DNA of 64,000 nt from Candidatus Staskawiczbacteria bacterium (GCA_963756225.1 CAVWMZ010000003.1:275988-339987); one strand, 5' to 3'. Positions 35,923-46,498 are shown, numbered from the stretch's first letter. Notes: generated by a model from the letters alone, not told the origin. A program made the numbers and translations.

Positions 35923-38074
35923 TTAAGAGGCGCTTGAATCGGGTGCGGCCGTACTATTTGTTGACAACCAATCATTAATCCCCGCTTGCCATAAGAAGTA
36001 TTGTGGGTCAGATGATGGGTTTTGAGGAGGAGGCCCTAAGGGATTATTTTTATCAACATAATATAAGATTGTATTTGTGTCTCCCGGCGGTAGTAGGCCC
36101 AATAATACGGGACTTCTGTTAGTAATTGGATCTGGCGGGGTAAAGTTTTCGGTGGGGCTCGCGGATACTATTTTTGTCATAACTTTATTCCACATTGGGG
36201 CGGCAATTCCTACTCCCTCGTCTTTTGTCGGGTGGTTATTATTATTCCCAGTCCACACCCCGATAACAACAAAAGGGGTGTATCCCATTGTCCAACCATC
36301 AACAAAATTTTGTGTGGTTCCGGTTTTTAGCTGCTACCTGATAGCCGGGCACATATAATGGGGAGCTATATCCGAAAATTGGACCTCTCGCGTTATTGTC
36401 AGACAAAACATTATTAATTTGTCTTGCAATTTGTGTATCTAAAACTTTTGTCGGCTGTTCTTTGTTTTGTTCAATAATATTCCCATTAGCATCTGTTATT
36501 TTTAGAATACTTACCGGGGGAATATAATTACCCTCTGTTGCGAAAACCCCATACGCAGACGTCATCTCTAATAAATTTACATCACCTCCCCCCAATACTA
36601 AAGACAATCCATAATCTTTAGTGTCTGTAAGTGTTGTAATCCCTAAATCTTTGGCTGTTTTTAAAGTATCTGGAATGCCAGCTAAATATAGCGTTTTTAC
36701 GGACGGGATGTTTAAAGAACAATCTAGCGCTGTGCGCATAGTCACTGGTCCCCTATTTTTACCATCATAGTCTTGTGGGTTGTAACAGGCGCTGCCGTCT
36801 GTGCCGACCACGCCATTCCCGCTTGGGTCACAGCTCGGGTTAAATTCAGTTTTTACGTCCCATAATACTGTGCTTGGGGTATATCCCTTTTTCAAAGGCT
36901 GTTGCATAGGCGAAGGGCTTGAAAGAAGATCCTGGTTGTCTTTGTCCCATTGTGGCTACATCGTATTTGGGTTCAAATAAACAACTATTTGAGGTGCTAT
37001 CATCACAACCAGCAGGATACGAAGGGGCGAAGTAATCTTTTGACCCCACTAGAGCTAAAATTCGGCCAGTTTTAGGGTCTAAAACAACCATGGCTGCATT
37101 ATATGCCCCCTTACTTATATTTGTTTTTTCTGCGTCTTTAATAACCTGTTCTGCATACTGTTGGACATCCCAATTTAAAGAAGTGTAAACCCTTAACCCT
37201 TTTTCCTTTAAATAATCTTCTCCATATTTATCATCTAAATATTTTTTAACGTACATTACAAAATCTGGAGCCTTTATTGGTTCTGTGTTTTCGGCAAAAG
37301 TTATTTTTTCGGCCTTAGATTCAATTAATTGGGCGTTAGTTATATATCCCAACTTCTGCATTTTATCTAAAATAAGATCCTTTTTTTGTAGCAATTCTGC
37401 TTGTTGGGCCCATAAGGAGAATAATAACTTGGGGCTGGTATTAGGGCAGTTAGGGTGGCGGCCTGGGCTATTGTCAGGTCAGATGCTGGTTCGCTAAAAT
37501 ATGTTTGGCTGGCAGCTTCAGCTCCGTAGGCATTTTCTCCGAAAGGAATTTCATTTAAATACCAGTCAAAAATTTGGTCCTTAGAATATCTTTCTTCTAA
37601 TTCTATGCTTAAAACAATTTCTTTAATTTTTCTAGATAAACTTTTTTGATTTGTTAAATATACGGCCCGTACAAGCTGTTGGGTTAAAGTAGATCCTCCC
37701 TGGCTTTTAGATCCAGAAGTGAAGTCAACCCATGCAGCCCTTATAATTCCTTCAAAATCAACCCCTCCATGTTGGTAAAACCTGGAATCCTCTGAAGATA
37801 AAACAGAATGTTTTAAATTATCTGAAATTTTATCAAATGAGACAATTTCCCTTTTTTCTTCGCCATAAATATCATATAAAAGAACCTTGCCCGTGCTGTC
37901 GTAAATTTTAGTAGATTGGATAAACGGGGTCTCGGTAAATTTTTCCGGTTGGGGCAAATCCCAGGTGTAATAAACAAAAACTAATAAAAGTAAAACGCAC
38001 CCTCCTAAAAACAAAAAAGCCAAATATTTACCGGCCGTGATTAAAACGTCAAATTTTTTATTTTTCTTAAACAT
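35923..38074 (-). CDS. Class A penicillin-binding protein (transglycosylase/transpeptidase), three apparent frameshifts
   Basis: Four consecutive minus-strand ORFs. GT51 motifs are EDSRFYQHGGVDFEGIIRA and GGSTLTQQL. The transpeptidase SxxK is PGSSFKPF, with …KTGTTQNF… recovered across the junction at an A-run near 36310. Other junctions lie near 37385 and 36890. Confidence 0.8.
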
Positions 38075-38228
38075 ATTATATTGTGCAATTGGACGCTTTT
38101 ATTAATATCGCAAGCGTTTTTCTATTATAACCTTAAGAACTATTTTATAAAAGAAGTTAATGATATAAATACGGCCTGCTAAATAAAAAACCCGCCTATC
38201 AAAGAACGGCGGATTATTTATTGATTAT

Positions 38229-38402
38229 TTATTCTTCTTCCTCTTCTGGTGCGGCAGCATCATCTGTGTCATCATCGTCATCATCATCGTCTACGTCGTC
38301 ATCTGCGTCCTTGTTTGTATCATCATCTGAGCCGTCATCCCAATTAGTATCTTCAAAATCATCGTCTTCGCTTATAAGTCTAGTTAAAAATTCCTCTTCC
38401 AT
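38229..38402 (-). CDS. Possible 57-aa extremely acidic peptide
   Basis: The minus strand gives MEEEFLTRLISEDDDFEDTNWDDGSDDDTNKDADDDVDDDDDDDDTDDAAAPEEEEE. It is followed by its own terminator (CCGCC…GGCGG plus a T-run at 38185-38215). It is too short for the track. Confidence 0.3.
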   Translation of the reverse strand: MEEEFLTRLISEDDDFEDTNWDDGSDDDTNKDADDDVDDDDDDDDTDDAAAPEEEEE

Positions 38403-38649
38403 TTTTTTATAACTGGAAAGAGCAAGAAGAAGAAAAAATATTTTTTATTCTTCGAGCGGTCAAACCGGCTATATTATTTTCTTTATTTAATAAATCTAGT
38501 TGTCCTGCCTTGGGTCGCCAAAGCCCTTGATCTATCAAAATAGTTAATAATTTTAATATATAGATACGTTTGTATCTCTATTGCTCTTTATTATATTTTT
38601 TAACAAACTATTGTCAATACCAAACTTTCCACAATTACTTTTATGAGGT

Positions 38650-39159
38650 TTAATAGCTTTTTAATGCCACGCAGATCGCCATTCCTAGTGCATCGAAAGC
38701 GTCATCTTTTTTTCTATTGTTTTTTGTTAAATCAAAATTATCTATATTAATAGTCTTTTTGATCATTTTTTGGACCTGTTTTTTTTCTGCCCTACCATAC
38801 CCCGCAATAGACATTTTCATCTGCAGGGGGGTGAATTCTTGCACTGGGATTTTCCCCTCTTCGGCGGCAAGCAAAATCACGCCCCTTGTTTGGCTAACGG
38901 GCATTACGGTTTTAAGGTTTTTAAAGAAAAATAATTTTTCAATAGACATTATATTCGGTCTGTGTTTTTTTATTATTTTTGTTATCTCGCCGTGTATTTT
39001 TTTCAACCTTTCTCCCGTTGTAGCAAACTTATCGGTTATTATACACCCAAAATCAACAACCCTTAGGCACTCCTCTTTTGATCCAGACGGCAGGCCACGC
39101 CGTTCAATAATAGCGTATCCCGTTATAACAGATCCTGGGTCTATCCCTAAAATTATCAT
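38650..39159 (-). CDS. ruvC: Crossover junction endodeoxyribonuclease RuvC
   Basis: MIILGIDPGSVITGYAIIE…EKLFFFKN…DAFDALGMAI are RuvC catalytic motifs. Confidence 0.85.
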   Translation of the reverse strand: MIILGIDPGSVITGYAIIERRGLPSGSKEECLRVVDFGCIITDKFATTGERLKKIHGEITKIIKKHRPNIMSIEKLFFFKNLKTVMPVSQTRGVILLAAEEGKIPVQEFTPLQMKMSIAGYGRAEKKQVQKMIKKTINIDNFDLTKNNRKKDDAFDALGMAICVALKSY

Positions 39160-39885
39160 CTAGTTTTTAATATTTGAGTAAGTGTCGTTTACGGAGTCGT
39201 TTTCGTCTAGTGCCTCAAAAAGTCTTTGAGCCTGCTCTTTTTCTTTTTCTGAAATATTAATTTCTTCTTTTGCGATGTATTCTATAGAAGAGGATTCTAT
39301 TTTTATTCCTTTTTCTTCAAGGGTTTTTTTAATGTTTTCTAAATCTTCCGGCTTTGTATAAATATCTATATTGTTTTCATCTGAGGAAACATCATCTGCT
39401 CCAAGCTCGATTGCTAACAGCTCTAACTCTTCTTTTGTTCTACCTTCTGCAGATATTGTTATTGTCCCCTTTTTTTCAAACATCCATCTTACGGCGCCCT
39501 CTCCGGCCATCTTCCCATTATTTTGGTTTAATATAGATCTCACTTCATTTAATGTCCTGTTTTTATTGTCGGTAATGCCATTAATTATTAAAGCAATTCC
39601 TCCTGGTCCGAACCCTTCTACGGAAATTTCTTCCAATGCCTCTCCTGCTAATTCTCCGGTGCCTCTCTTAATAGCCCTTTCGATATTCTCTTTAGGCATG
39701 TCCATTTGTTTCGCTTGTTCGATGGCTGCTTTAAGCTTGGAGTTTTTGGATGAATCTCCAGAACCACCACCGTCTTTAACTGCGATCGTAATTAGTCTGC
39801 CATATTTAGAAAATACTCTTCCTCTTTTTTCGGCATTGGCCATTTTTGTGGCCATAACTGTTTTTGCGTGACTATGTCCTGACAT
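39160..39885 (-). CDS. yebC: YebC/PmpR family DNA-binding regulator
   Basis: MSGHSHAKTVMATKMANAEKRGRVFSKYGRLITIAVKDGGG… is the family signature. It lies upstream of ruvC, as in many bacteria. Confidence 0.9.
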   Translation of the reverse strand: MSGHSHAKTVMATKMANAEKRGRVFSKYGRLITIAVKDGGGSGDSSKNSKLKAAIEQAKQMDMPKENIERAIKRGTGELAGEALEEISVEGFGPGGIALIINGITDNKNRTLNEVRSILNQNNGKMAGEGAVRWMFEKKGTITISAEGRTKEELELLAIELGADDVSSDENNIDIYTKPEDLENIKKTLEEKGIKIESSSIEYIAKEEINISEKEKEQAQRLFEALDENDSVNDTYSNIKN

Positions 39886-40432
39886 GATTTTTTAAAAATT
39901 TTAATTTTATAAATAATACAATTACGGCCAAGACTATAGTTGCCGCCAAAACTGTAAAAAATAAAAACCAAGGATTTTTTATATTATTATTCTCTTGGTT
40001 TCCATCTAAACTTTGGCTGACATCTGCTAGTCCTGGAGCTGATACGTCATTTTTAGCAGAATTTTTGCTTTTTGACAAGGCTTTATTATTGTTTGTCGTT
40101 CGGACTGCAGTAATAATATTAATAGCTCCCGGAGTTAATGTTGAGCTCCACTGCCAACTAGACCCGACTTTATTATAAGACTGATTCAGCGGGGCTGACG
40201 CGAAAGTCATAGAATCAACAGCCTTCCCGTCGGGTGTTAATAAATTTAAACCATCCTTATCATTATTTAGCATTATTTTTGTGTCAGGTCTTTTAAAAAC
40301 TAAAAATCCATTCGCTAAAATATTTGTATTTTGTGGTATCGTATAGGTTGTTATTGTGCCCCGTATGTCTTGTAATTCCCATCCAAATAAATCAACATTA
40401 ACATTATTAGAATTATATAATTCAATCCATTC
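39872..40432 (-). pseudogene. 3' half of a ComEA-HhH/lamin-tail-domain (LTD) gene, separated from its 5' half by the integrative element
   Basis: From the GAATGG core the frame reads EWIELYNSNNVNVDLFGWELQD…, the LTD consensus start, then a Thr/Asn-rich region and a C-terminal TM helix. The residues upstream of the core (MARSDCRVVATTQ) are element sequence. Confidence 0.75.
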
Positions 40433-40443
40433 TTGGGTTGTCG

Positions 40444-42099
40444 CTACAACCCGACAGTCGCTCCTGGCCACTTTCTCCTCTTAGGGGTATTAGGAACTCT
40501 ATTTTCGAGCTTATCGTCAGTTTTAACCACTTTTTCTACTAAGTCCTGCAGAATCTCTCTCTTTAATTCATAAGTAGCATTTTCAAGCCCATTTTTCAAT
40601 TGTCCATAAAGCTCCTTTATAGACATCAATTGAATTGCCTTTTCATTTTCAGATGTTGCGAACCGCCCCAGCTTTGCATCCTCTTCTTGTAGTTTTTCAA
40701 TTTTATCATCACACTCTTTTATTTTTTTATCATAAAAGTTTTTGCTTACAGATTTTTCGGCATATAATTCAGCGTACCTTTCCTTTTTTTCTTCTTGGGA
40801 CGCAAACTCTTTTTTAATGGTTTCTAACCGATCAGATACATTATTACCGCCACCTTGGTTTTTACAATCTTCAATTTCTTTCAACGCTACCTCCGGTTCA
40901 AGAAAAATTTCTTTTAGCTTGTCCCACACCGGCGGCATAATTCTTGATTCACTTATAGTTGGCACACAGCACCTCCTCGCAGTCATGTATGGCCTATTTC
41001 CCACACAGAAGTAGTATTTTGTTTTTCTTTTTTCACCCTCGTCTGTTTTATATTTTCTGTTGGCGCTTTGGTATTTATAGCCATCGTAGCCGCAGACTAT
41101 TTTATGCTGGAGGGTGTAAATTTCTTTTGTATTTCTTATCGCCTGTTCTTTATTCTTTTTCAGTTGTTTTTGTCCTCTTTCAAATATTTCTTTGGAGATA
41201 ATTTTTAGAGACTTGTCCTCAACTTTAATCCAGTCTTCTTTCGGCCTTAAATTGTTTTCATTTTTTGTCCTGCCGGGATGCAAATATTTTCTGTAGTAAA
41301 ATGTTCCCGTGTAAACTTCGTTGCTCAGAATTCTGTCCACCGTTTTTCTATTCCACCAGCCTTTAGTTTCTGTTATTTTTTTTCTTCCTATTAAATCAAA
41401 CTTTGTGGGAACTTTCATGTCGTTTAATCTTTGCTGTATTTTGTATTCGCTCAATCCTTCGTCCACAAGCCATCCATACATCATTTTTACTGTTTTTATT
41501 TCATTCTTTTCAATTTCCAGTTTTTGTTTTTCTTTATTGATTTTTAGTCCATAGGGAGCGGTACCACCCAAGTATTTTCCTTCCTTCATTGCCTTCACCA
41601 TCCCTTCATTTCTTGATTCCAATCCAACCTCCCTCATCCACTCAGCGAACACGCCCGCGTTAGCGAACATAGCCCTCCCGGTAGGTGTTGAGGTGTCAAA
41701 CGGCTCTGTCACTGACTTAAACTCTATCCCGATGTCCCTGAGTTCGGCCACGGTGTTTAGTAGTAGTCGTAGGTTTCTAAAGAACCGATCCATTCTATAA
41801 ACAATTATTACATCAATCTTTTTATTCCGGGCATCTTTGAGCAATCTTTGCAGGTCCGGCCTTTTTTCTGTTCCGCCCGAGAATCCGATGTCTTTATATA
41901 GTGACCCTTCGTTTATTTCCCATCCTTCATTTTTTGCAAAGCTTTTTATTTTTTCTTCCTGCGTCTCCGGGCTGTATCCTTCCTTGCCCGCCTCATCTGA
42001 CGAGCATCTAACATAAAAAGCCGCATTCTTTGTTTTAATGGTTGTTTCTCGGCCGATGTTATAATTTTGTATTGCTGTTTTCATGTTGTTTTTCTCCAT
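40444..42099 (-). CDS. Large serine recombinase (integrase)
   Basis: 551 aa. The resolvase catalytic domain is AAFYVRCSSDEAGKEGYSPETQ…DVIIVYRMDRFFRN…. It is followed by a recombinase domain, a Cys-containing zinc-ribbon region (…KIVCGYDG…FCVGN…RRCC…) and a long coiled-coil. Confidence 0.9.
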   Translation of the reverse strand: MEKNNMKTAIQNYNIGRETTIKTKNAAFYVRCSSDEAGKEGYSPETQEEKIKSFAKNEGWEINEGSLYKDIGFSGGTEKRPDLQRLLKDARNKKIDVIIVYRMDRFFRNLRLLLNTVAELRDIGIEFKSVTEPFDTSTPTGRAMFANAGVFAEWMREVGLESRNEGMVKAMKEGKYLGGTAPYGLKINKEKQKLEIEKNEIKTVKMMYGWLVDEGLSEYKIQQRLNDMKVPTKFDLIGRKKITETKGWWNRKTVDRILSNEVYTGTFYYRKYLHPGRTKNENNLRPKEDWIKVEDKSLKIISKEIFERGQKQLKKNKEQAIRNTKEIYTLQHKIVCGYDGYKYQSANRKYKTDEGEKRKTKYYFCVGNRPYMTARRCCVPTISESRIMPPVWDKLKEIFLEPEVALKEIEDCKNQGGGNNVSDRLETIKKEFASQEEKKERYAELYAEKSVSKNFYDKKIKECDDKIEKLQEEDAKLGRFATSENEKAIQLMSIKELYGQLKNGLENATYELKREILQDLVEKVVKTDDKLENRVPNTPKRRKWPGATVGL

Positions 42100-42259
42100 A
42101 TTTATCCCAAAGCTCGTTGAAACTTTTCATAATAAATATGCAGTTTTCTTTGGTTAATATTCCCTCGCTCAATTCGACCACTTTTCTTACGTCAAACATA
42201 TTAGTTGCTCCGCTGTCCCGGATTTCCAAATAAGTTTGAAATCGTTTTTTTGTTATCAT
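42059..42259 (-). CDS. Small conserved-looking mobile-element protein
   Basis: 66 aa, …YLEIRDSGATNMFDVRKVVELS…. It overlaps the recombinase start. The function is unknown. Confidence 0.4.
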   Translation of the reverse strand: MITKKRFQTYLEIRDSGATNMFDVRKVVELSEGILTKENCIFIMKSFNELWDKYGEKQHENSNTKL

Positions 42260-42316
42260 GTTTTTTCATTTTAATTATTCCGACCTCATCAAGGTAATGG
42301 ATACTCCTATTAAAAG

Positions 42317-42655
42317 TTAAGTCAAGTTGTTTCCCTCGATCATGCCTTTATATCTTTGTTTCCTATATTCAAGCCCCAAACAGATCCGGCAGCCAATTTG
42401 CTGGTTTATTGGGTGGTAAAACAGCACCCCGGCTCGTTTATTGCATATGGGGCATAGGAACCATATGCGCGCGCCGTTGAAGCAGGTTTTGGAAGTAGTC
42501 AGCTCAATTTTAAGGCCCAAGGTCTCTAACTCTGAAGTTAAGAGCGATTCTTTTAATAACACCCTACTTTTTTTCAAAAAATTATTTATGCGTATTGCTT
42601 GGCACTCGTCCACCAAAATTGTTTTTCCTAAATCATTTGGGTTCAATGTTTTCAT
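42317..42655 (-). CDS. Hypothetical zinc-ribbon protein
   Basis: 112 aa with CPICNKR…GCRIC, which are CxxC pairs. Confidence 0.4.
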   Translation of the reverse strand: MKTLNPNDLGKTILVDECQAIRINNFLKKSRVLLKESLLTSELETLGLKIELTTSKTCFNGARIWFLCPICNKRAGVLFYHPINQQIGCRICLGLEYRKQRYKGMIEGNNLT

Positions 42656-43304
42656 TTTTTTCTTTTGGATTAATATTTAGCTGTTGGTTCTGCGCAAGAA
42701 AGGTGTTTTTACTTTTTAGGTTTATTTCGATCGCCGGCGTCTTAAATTGTTTCAGCGTTGTAATGGTGGCTATAAAATGTCGATAGGCACGATCAATCTC
42801 TTTGCCGATCATTGAGTAGTAATCATTTGTCTGTTTTGTTGCTATTTCAGCGCCGGCAAAGGATATGCATCTATGCATCTGTGCTGAAAGCTCCATAATT
42901 CTTATATAGGCGTTAGCCACAGCCTGGGCCAATGCTTTTTCACCTGCCGATTTACAATCAAAATCCTCGCAAAGCTTACTTGCAAACTCTATTGCGAGCC
43001 CCTTATAAGACCGTCCGGTAACATAATAAAGGGGATAATGGTTATCTAATCCGTTCGCAATCAAAACTTCCTCTATCACTCCAAGATTTAAGCCATCTAC
43101 TCCTTCATCTACAGCTTTTTTAATTTTTTCTTTTGTGTCCAATCTTTCATTCAATTTTCCTACCGACAAACGAGGGTCGTCAAAGAATGTAAACGATTTA
43201 ATTATGAAGTCCCTTAATTCCTTAATGCTCATCTTTTCGATGACGGCTTTATTGGTTTCATCTAATTGCTTTATGTTTTCATTTTTTGAGCACCCATTTT
43301 CCAT
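42633..43304 (-). CDS. Hypothetical protein
   Basis: 223-aa ORF that overlaps the downstream gene start. No family recognised. Confidence 0.4.
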   Translation of the reverse strand: MENGCSKNENIKQLDETNKAVIEKMSIKELRDFIIKSFTFFDDPRLSVGKLNERLDTKEKIKKAVDEGVDGLNLGVIEEVLIANGLDNHYPLYYVTGRSYKGLAIEFASKLCEDFDCKSAGEKALAQAVANAYIRIMELSAQMHRCISFAGAEIATKQTNDYYSMIGKEIDRAYRHFIATITTLKQFKTPAIEINLKSKNTFLAQNQQLNINPKEKNENIEPK

Positions 43305-43484
43305 AAAATTTTTAAGCTTATTTTTATTAAATTTTATTGTAGAGTTGTTTCCACCCTGTGGAAATAATTAATGTTCTTTCCTTTGGGTAAGATTAGGAAT
43401 GCTTCTTCCCAATCTATTCCCTTTACTGCAAGATTTGCAGTGATTTTGTAATTTGGGTACAAGTGACCGATGCCTTGTTCTTTT

Positions 43485-43577
43485 ACTACCAGAACTACCA
43501 GAACTACCAAGATATAAAGTAAGGGCTACATATACAGACCCAACTCAAACCTCGGTAGTTTCGGTAGTTTCGGTAGT
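43485..43577. repeat. Inverted arrays of 9-bp-period iterons (ACTACC x3 / GGTAGT x3)
   Basis: ACTACC occurs at 43485, 43494 and 43503. GGTAGT occurs at 43554, 43563 and 43572. The right array overlaps the last codons (TTETTETTE) of the helicase gene. Confidence 0.6.
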
Positions 43578-45682
43578 TTTTGTCTTAAATTTAATATTTA
43601 GAACGGCTGAAAACGAATCCTCGTTTTGCTTCCTTTTTCCAATTTCATATCCAAGATCCCGCAATTGTTTACCGGCCTGTCGTATATTTATAATTCTTAA
43701 CCTTTTGGATTTTAACCAAAGATTAAATCTATTCCCGAATTCTTGGAGTTTTACATTTTCTCCTGCCACTTCTTCACAATTTTCTTCAATAAAAGTTGGT
43801 AGGGGATTTGATCTCTCTTCATATTTTTGCCCCCTTTCTTCGTAGCTACCTTCATTTGTGAATTTATGAGTTTCGTATAATCCCTTAAGTATATTCACAC
43901 ACTTAAAACAAAGTTTCTCGTATTCTTGTTCCGAAATTCCAGAAAGAACATCTGACTTAATGTTAAAAATGTTTGGAAAATCAGTGATAACCCACCTCCT
44001 ATAAAATCCAAGTGATTTATCCGGGGTAGTTGGCAGACTATTGGTTGCAATGAAGAAAGTAGTAATGCAATCATCGGTAAAAGAAGTTTTGCCCTTGAAC
44101 TCGTATTCTATTAAATCCTCTCCTGTTATTTTTTTTAAAACATTTGTACTGGACAGGTCGTTATATCCAACTTCTCCGGCAAACGCCACGAGTTTTTTGT
44201 AAATAGAACTCATGGCAAAATTATTTATTGATAATTTTTTTATATCTATGGAAATACAATTATTGCGACCAACCAACTGTTCTACAACTTTCAAAAAAGT
44301 TCCTTTTCCGTTGCTTCCTCCGCCAGTCAGGGCAATTATCCTTTGCATAAACAAATCATCTGTTAAGGCATACGATATATATTCGTATAAACTTTTTATA
44401 TAACTCTCATCCTGAACGCCTTCTTTAACGGCCCACTCTCGTAAAAGCCTATCTATCTCCGGCGTTTCCTCCGATTCGCCGAGTTTATGTGGGATCGGGT
44501 TGGTTAAAAAGTATTTATGATCTGCTTTTGTTTGCTCCAATGTTTTTGGATTTATTAAAACATCTTTAAATTGTATCCACCCCTTCGGCTTTAACTGAGG
44601 CGCCTGTTCGCGCCCCACTTGTTTTAAAGCATTTAATATTTGCGTTCGGTTTCCGCTACCGACCGTATCAATATTCATCTCTTTGCGAATTCCGTTTAGC
44701 AAATCAGTTTCATCCTTTGGTTCGTAACAGCATCTATCAAAATTCCAGAACCATAATAATCCTTCGGGAGAAAAGTAAATTGGTTGTTTTTCTATAAATA
44801 TCTTTGCTTGTCCTATTCTTGTAAAAACATCACCTGTATTTTTAGCTTCTTCCTTTTTCTTGTAGAAATTAAACTTATCCTTTAATTCCGCTTCTTCAAT
44901 TGGTGGTTTGTTTTGCGTGTTCCACATTTTTGTAGCTTCCCATGCAACCTTAAAATCTTCTTCAGTTTTTGCTCCAGCTAAATAGTGTCCAATCACTCTG
45001 ACTGATAAGTTGTTTCTGCCGCCGTCTTCTACTCCGTATATAGCCGAAGAATAATCAAAAGCTTCTTGAGGTTGTTCTGACTGATTCTTTCCTTCCACTT
45101 TTTGAAAAGGACACCTTTTTAAATAATCCAAATACCAATCAACGGGAAATTCTGCGAATGGCAAATCCTCAATAATTTCATAGCCAGCCCAAGTCCCGTC
45201 TAATAATTGATATTTTGTTGGTGGGGCGAATTTAGTCCTCCGTCTGAACGAATATCAACGTTTTTCGCTTGATTCTGGTTTTGTTTAACCTTGTCTGTGT
45301 ATCTATACCACTTATGTATTCCCTTCCGAGTTGCAGTCGTAAAAGTTGGTGGAAGTTTATTTAATTCTGGGAAGTTTTTGCAGTCTATATCTATAACTGT
45401 TTTGTCGCTTATCTTTCCTGTTTTTATAGCTATGCCTTCAGCAAAACTAAAACTTCTTTCCAGTTCAAAATCGTTTTTCGGATTTTCAATAATCTCACCC
45501 CATGACGGTAAAAAAGGTTTTTTCTTTTCTTCTCCCTTTGCATCCAAATATGTATCTATATGAAAAATAGGTAAAATAATGATCCCTTTTTTGATATACT
45601 CTAACGCAAATTTTTTTATTTTTTCTTTATATTCATTTTTCATCAAATATTTTATTAATTTTTTTAATAACTTCTGTTTCAA
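43545..45682 (-). CDS. Bifunctional primase-polymerase (PrimPol) fused to a P4/D5-type helicase, apparent frameshift near 45225-45240
   Basis: The PrimPol part reads …GIAIKTGKISDKTVIDIDCKN…KGIHKWYRY…NVDIRSDGG. The alternative frame continues …FAPPTKYQLLDGTWAGYEIIEDLPFAEFPVDWYL… straight into the 539-aa ORF, which has Walker A LTGGGSNGKGTF. Confidence 0.7.
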
Positions 45683-45914
45683 TTATCCCGCCAATTTCTT
45701 GGTTTATTGGGTGGAATGTGTTTATATTTTTTTCTCCAACTTTTTTACTGGGATAAACCAGCCTGTATCCCGAACCATCCAGTTTTGTATAGATCGCAAC
45801 CGAACCAACATAATATTTTTCTTCTAAAATAAAAGAAACGAAGCCAATCAGCCCGTCTTTTGGTTTAACTGGTATTACTTGAATTTCACTTATTTTCAAA
45901 TTTTGTGTTTCCAT
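45633..45914 (-). CDS. spoVG: SpoVG-family protein
   Basis: …KISEIQVIPVKPKDGLIGFVSFILEEKYYVGSVAIYTKLDGSGYRLVYPSKKVG…FHPINQEIGGIIETEVIKK has the SpoVG pattern (…HPIN…). Confidence 0.6.
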   Translation of the reverse strand: METQNLKISEIQVIPVKPKDGLIGFVSFILEEKYYVGSVAIYTKLDGSGYRLVYPSKKVGEKNINTFHPINQEIGGIIETEVIKKINKIFDEK

Positions 45915-45983
45915 AGATTTTATGCTTGGGATGGTGCAAGGTACTACCTTGCTATGTCTGCCGTGCTTTATGTTTGCTGGCGG

Positions 45984-46289
45984 CTATGTTTTACTTTTTT
46001 TGTTAAGGGGATTCACCCTTTTCTTTATGGCCTCGTCTCTCGCCAATCTTATAGCATAATTTAAGACTTCATTTTTATCTTCCGGAGCGTAGTCGTCTTT
46101 TTCAACGAGTTTGTAAAACCATTTTTTAACCAAGCGAGGATGCAATGTTTTTCTATTTTTACTTACTTCGTGAAAGCAGATCAATGAGCTCCAGCAAGGG
46201 TTTAACCTTTGCGTTTCCGAAAATTCATATTTTGGAAACTGGCCTGAGTATTTAATGTTTTGTGGATTTTCAATTATTTGGTCTTGCAT
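45984..46289 (-). CDS. Hypothetical protein
   Basis: 101-aa ORF. No family recognised. Confidence 0.35.
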   Translation of the reverse strand: MQDQIIENPQNIKYSGQFPKYEFSETQRLNPCWSSLICFHEVSKNRKTLHPRLVKKWFYKLVEKDDYAPEDKNEVLNYAIRLARDEAIKKRVNPLNKKSKT

Positions 46290-46463
46290 GTTGTTTTTGT
46301 TGTTTGATTATCGTGATTATTAAGTTCGTTAATATTTTTTTTATTGAATAAAATAATATCAATCCATTTTTGCATTTTTTTTCTTCTTTCCGCATAGGGT
46401 ATATCCGAGGACTTTATTGTTATTTCAAAAGCTTGTTTCATAATACAAGCTCATTATAAATAC

Positions 46464-46498
46464 CAAAAAAGACACTAATTTGCATAAATTAGTGTCTT
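46464..46498 (-). terminator. Strong rho-independent terminator
   Basis: A 13-bp perfect stem AAGACACTAATTT/AAATTAGTGTCTT with a 4-nt loop, followed by a T-run on the minus strand. Confidence 0.7.

Noticed and set aside
38221-38412. The Ser-rich 63-aa plus-strand ORF from the track.
   Set aside because: It is the antisense reading of GAT/GAC/GAA-rich DNA. The minus strand has an ATG, a stop and a downstream terminator, so if anything is coding it is the acidic peptide.
43453-43845. The 130-aa plus-strand ORF from the track.
   Set aside because: It is antisense to the 3' end of the helicase gene and spans the iteron palindrome. The translation is low-complexity.
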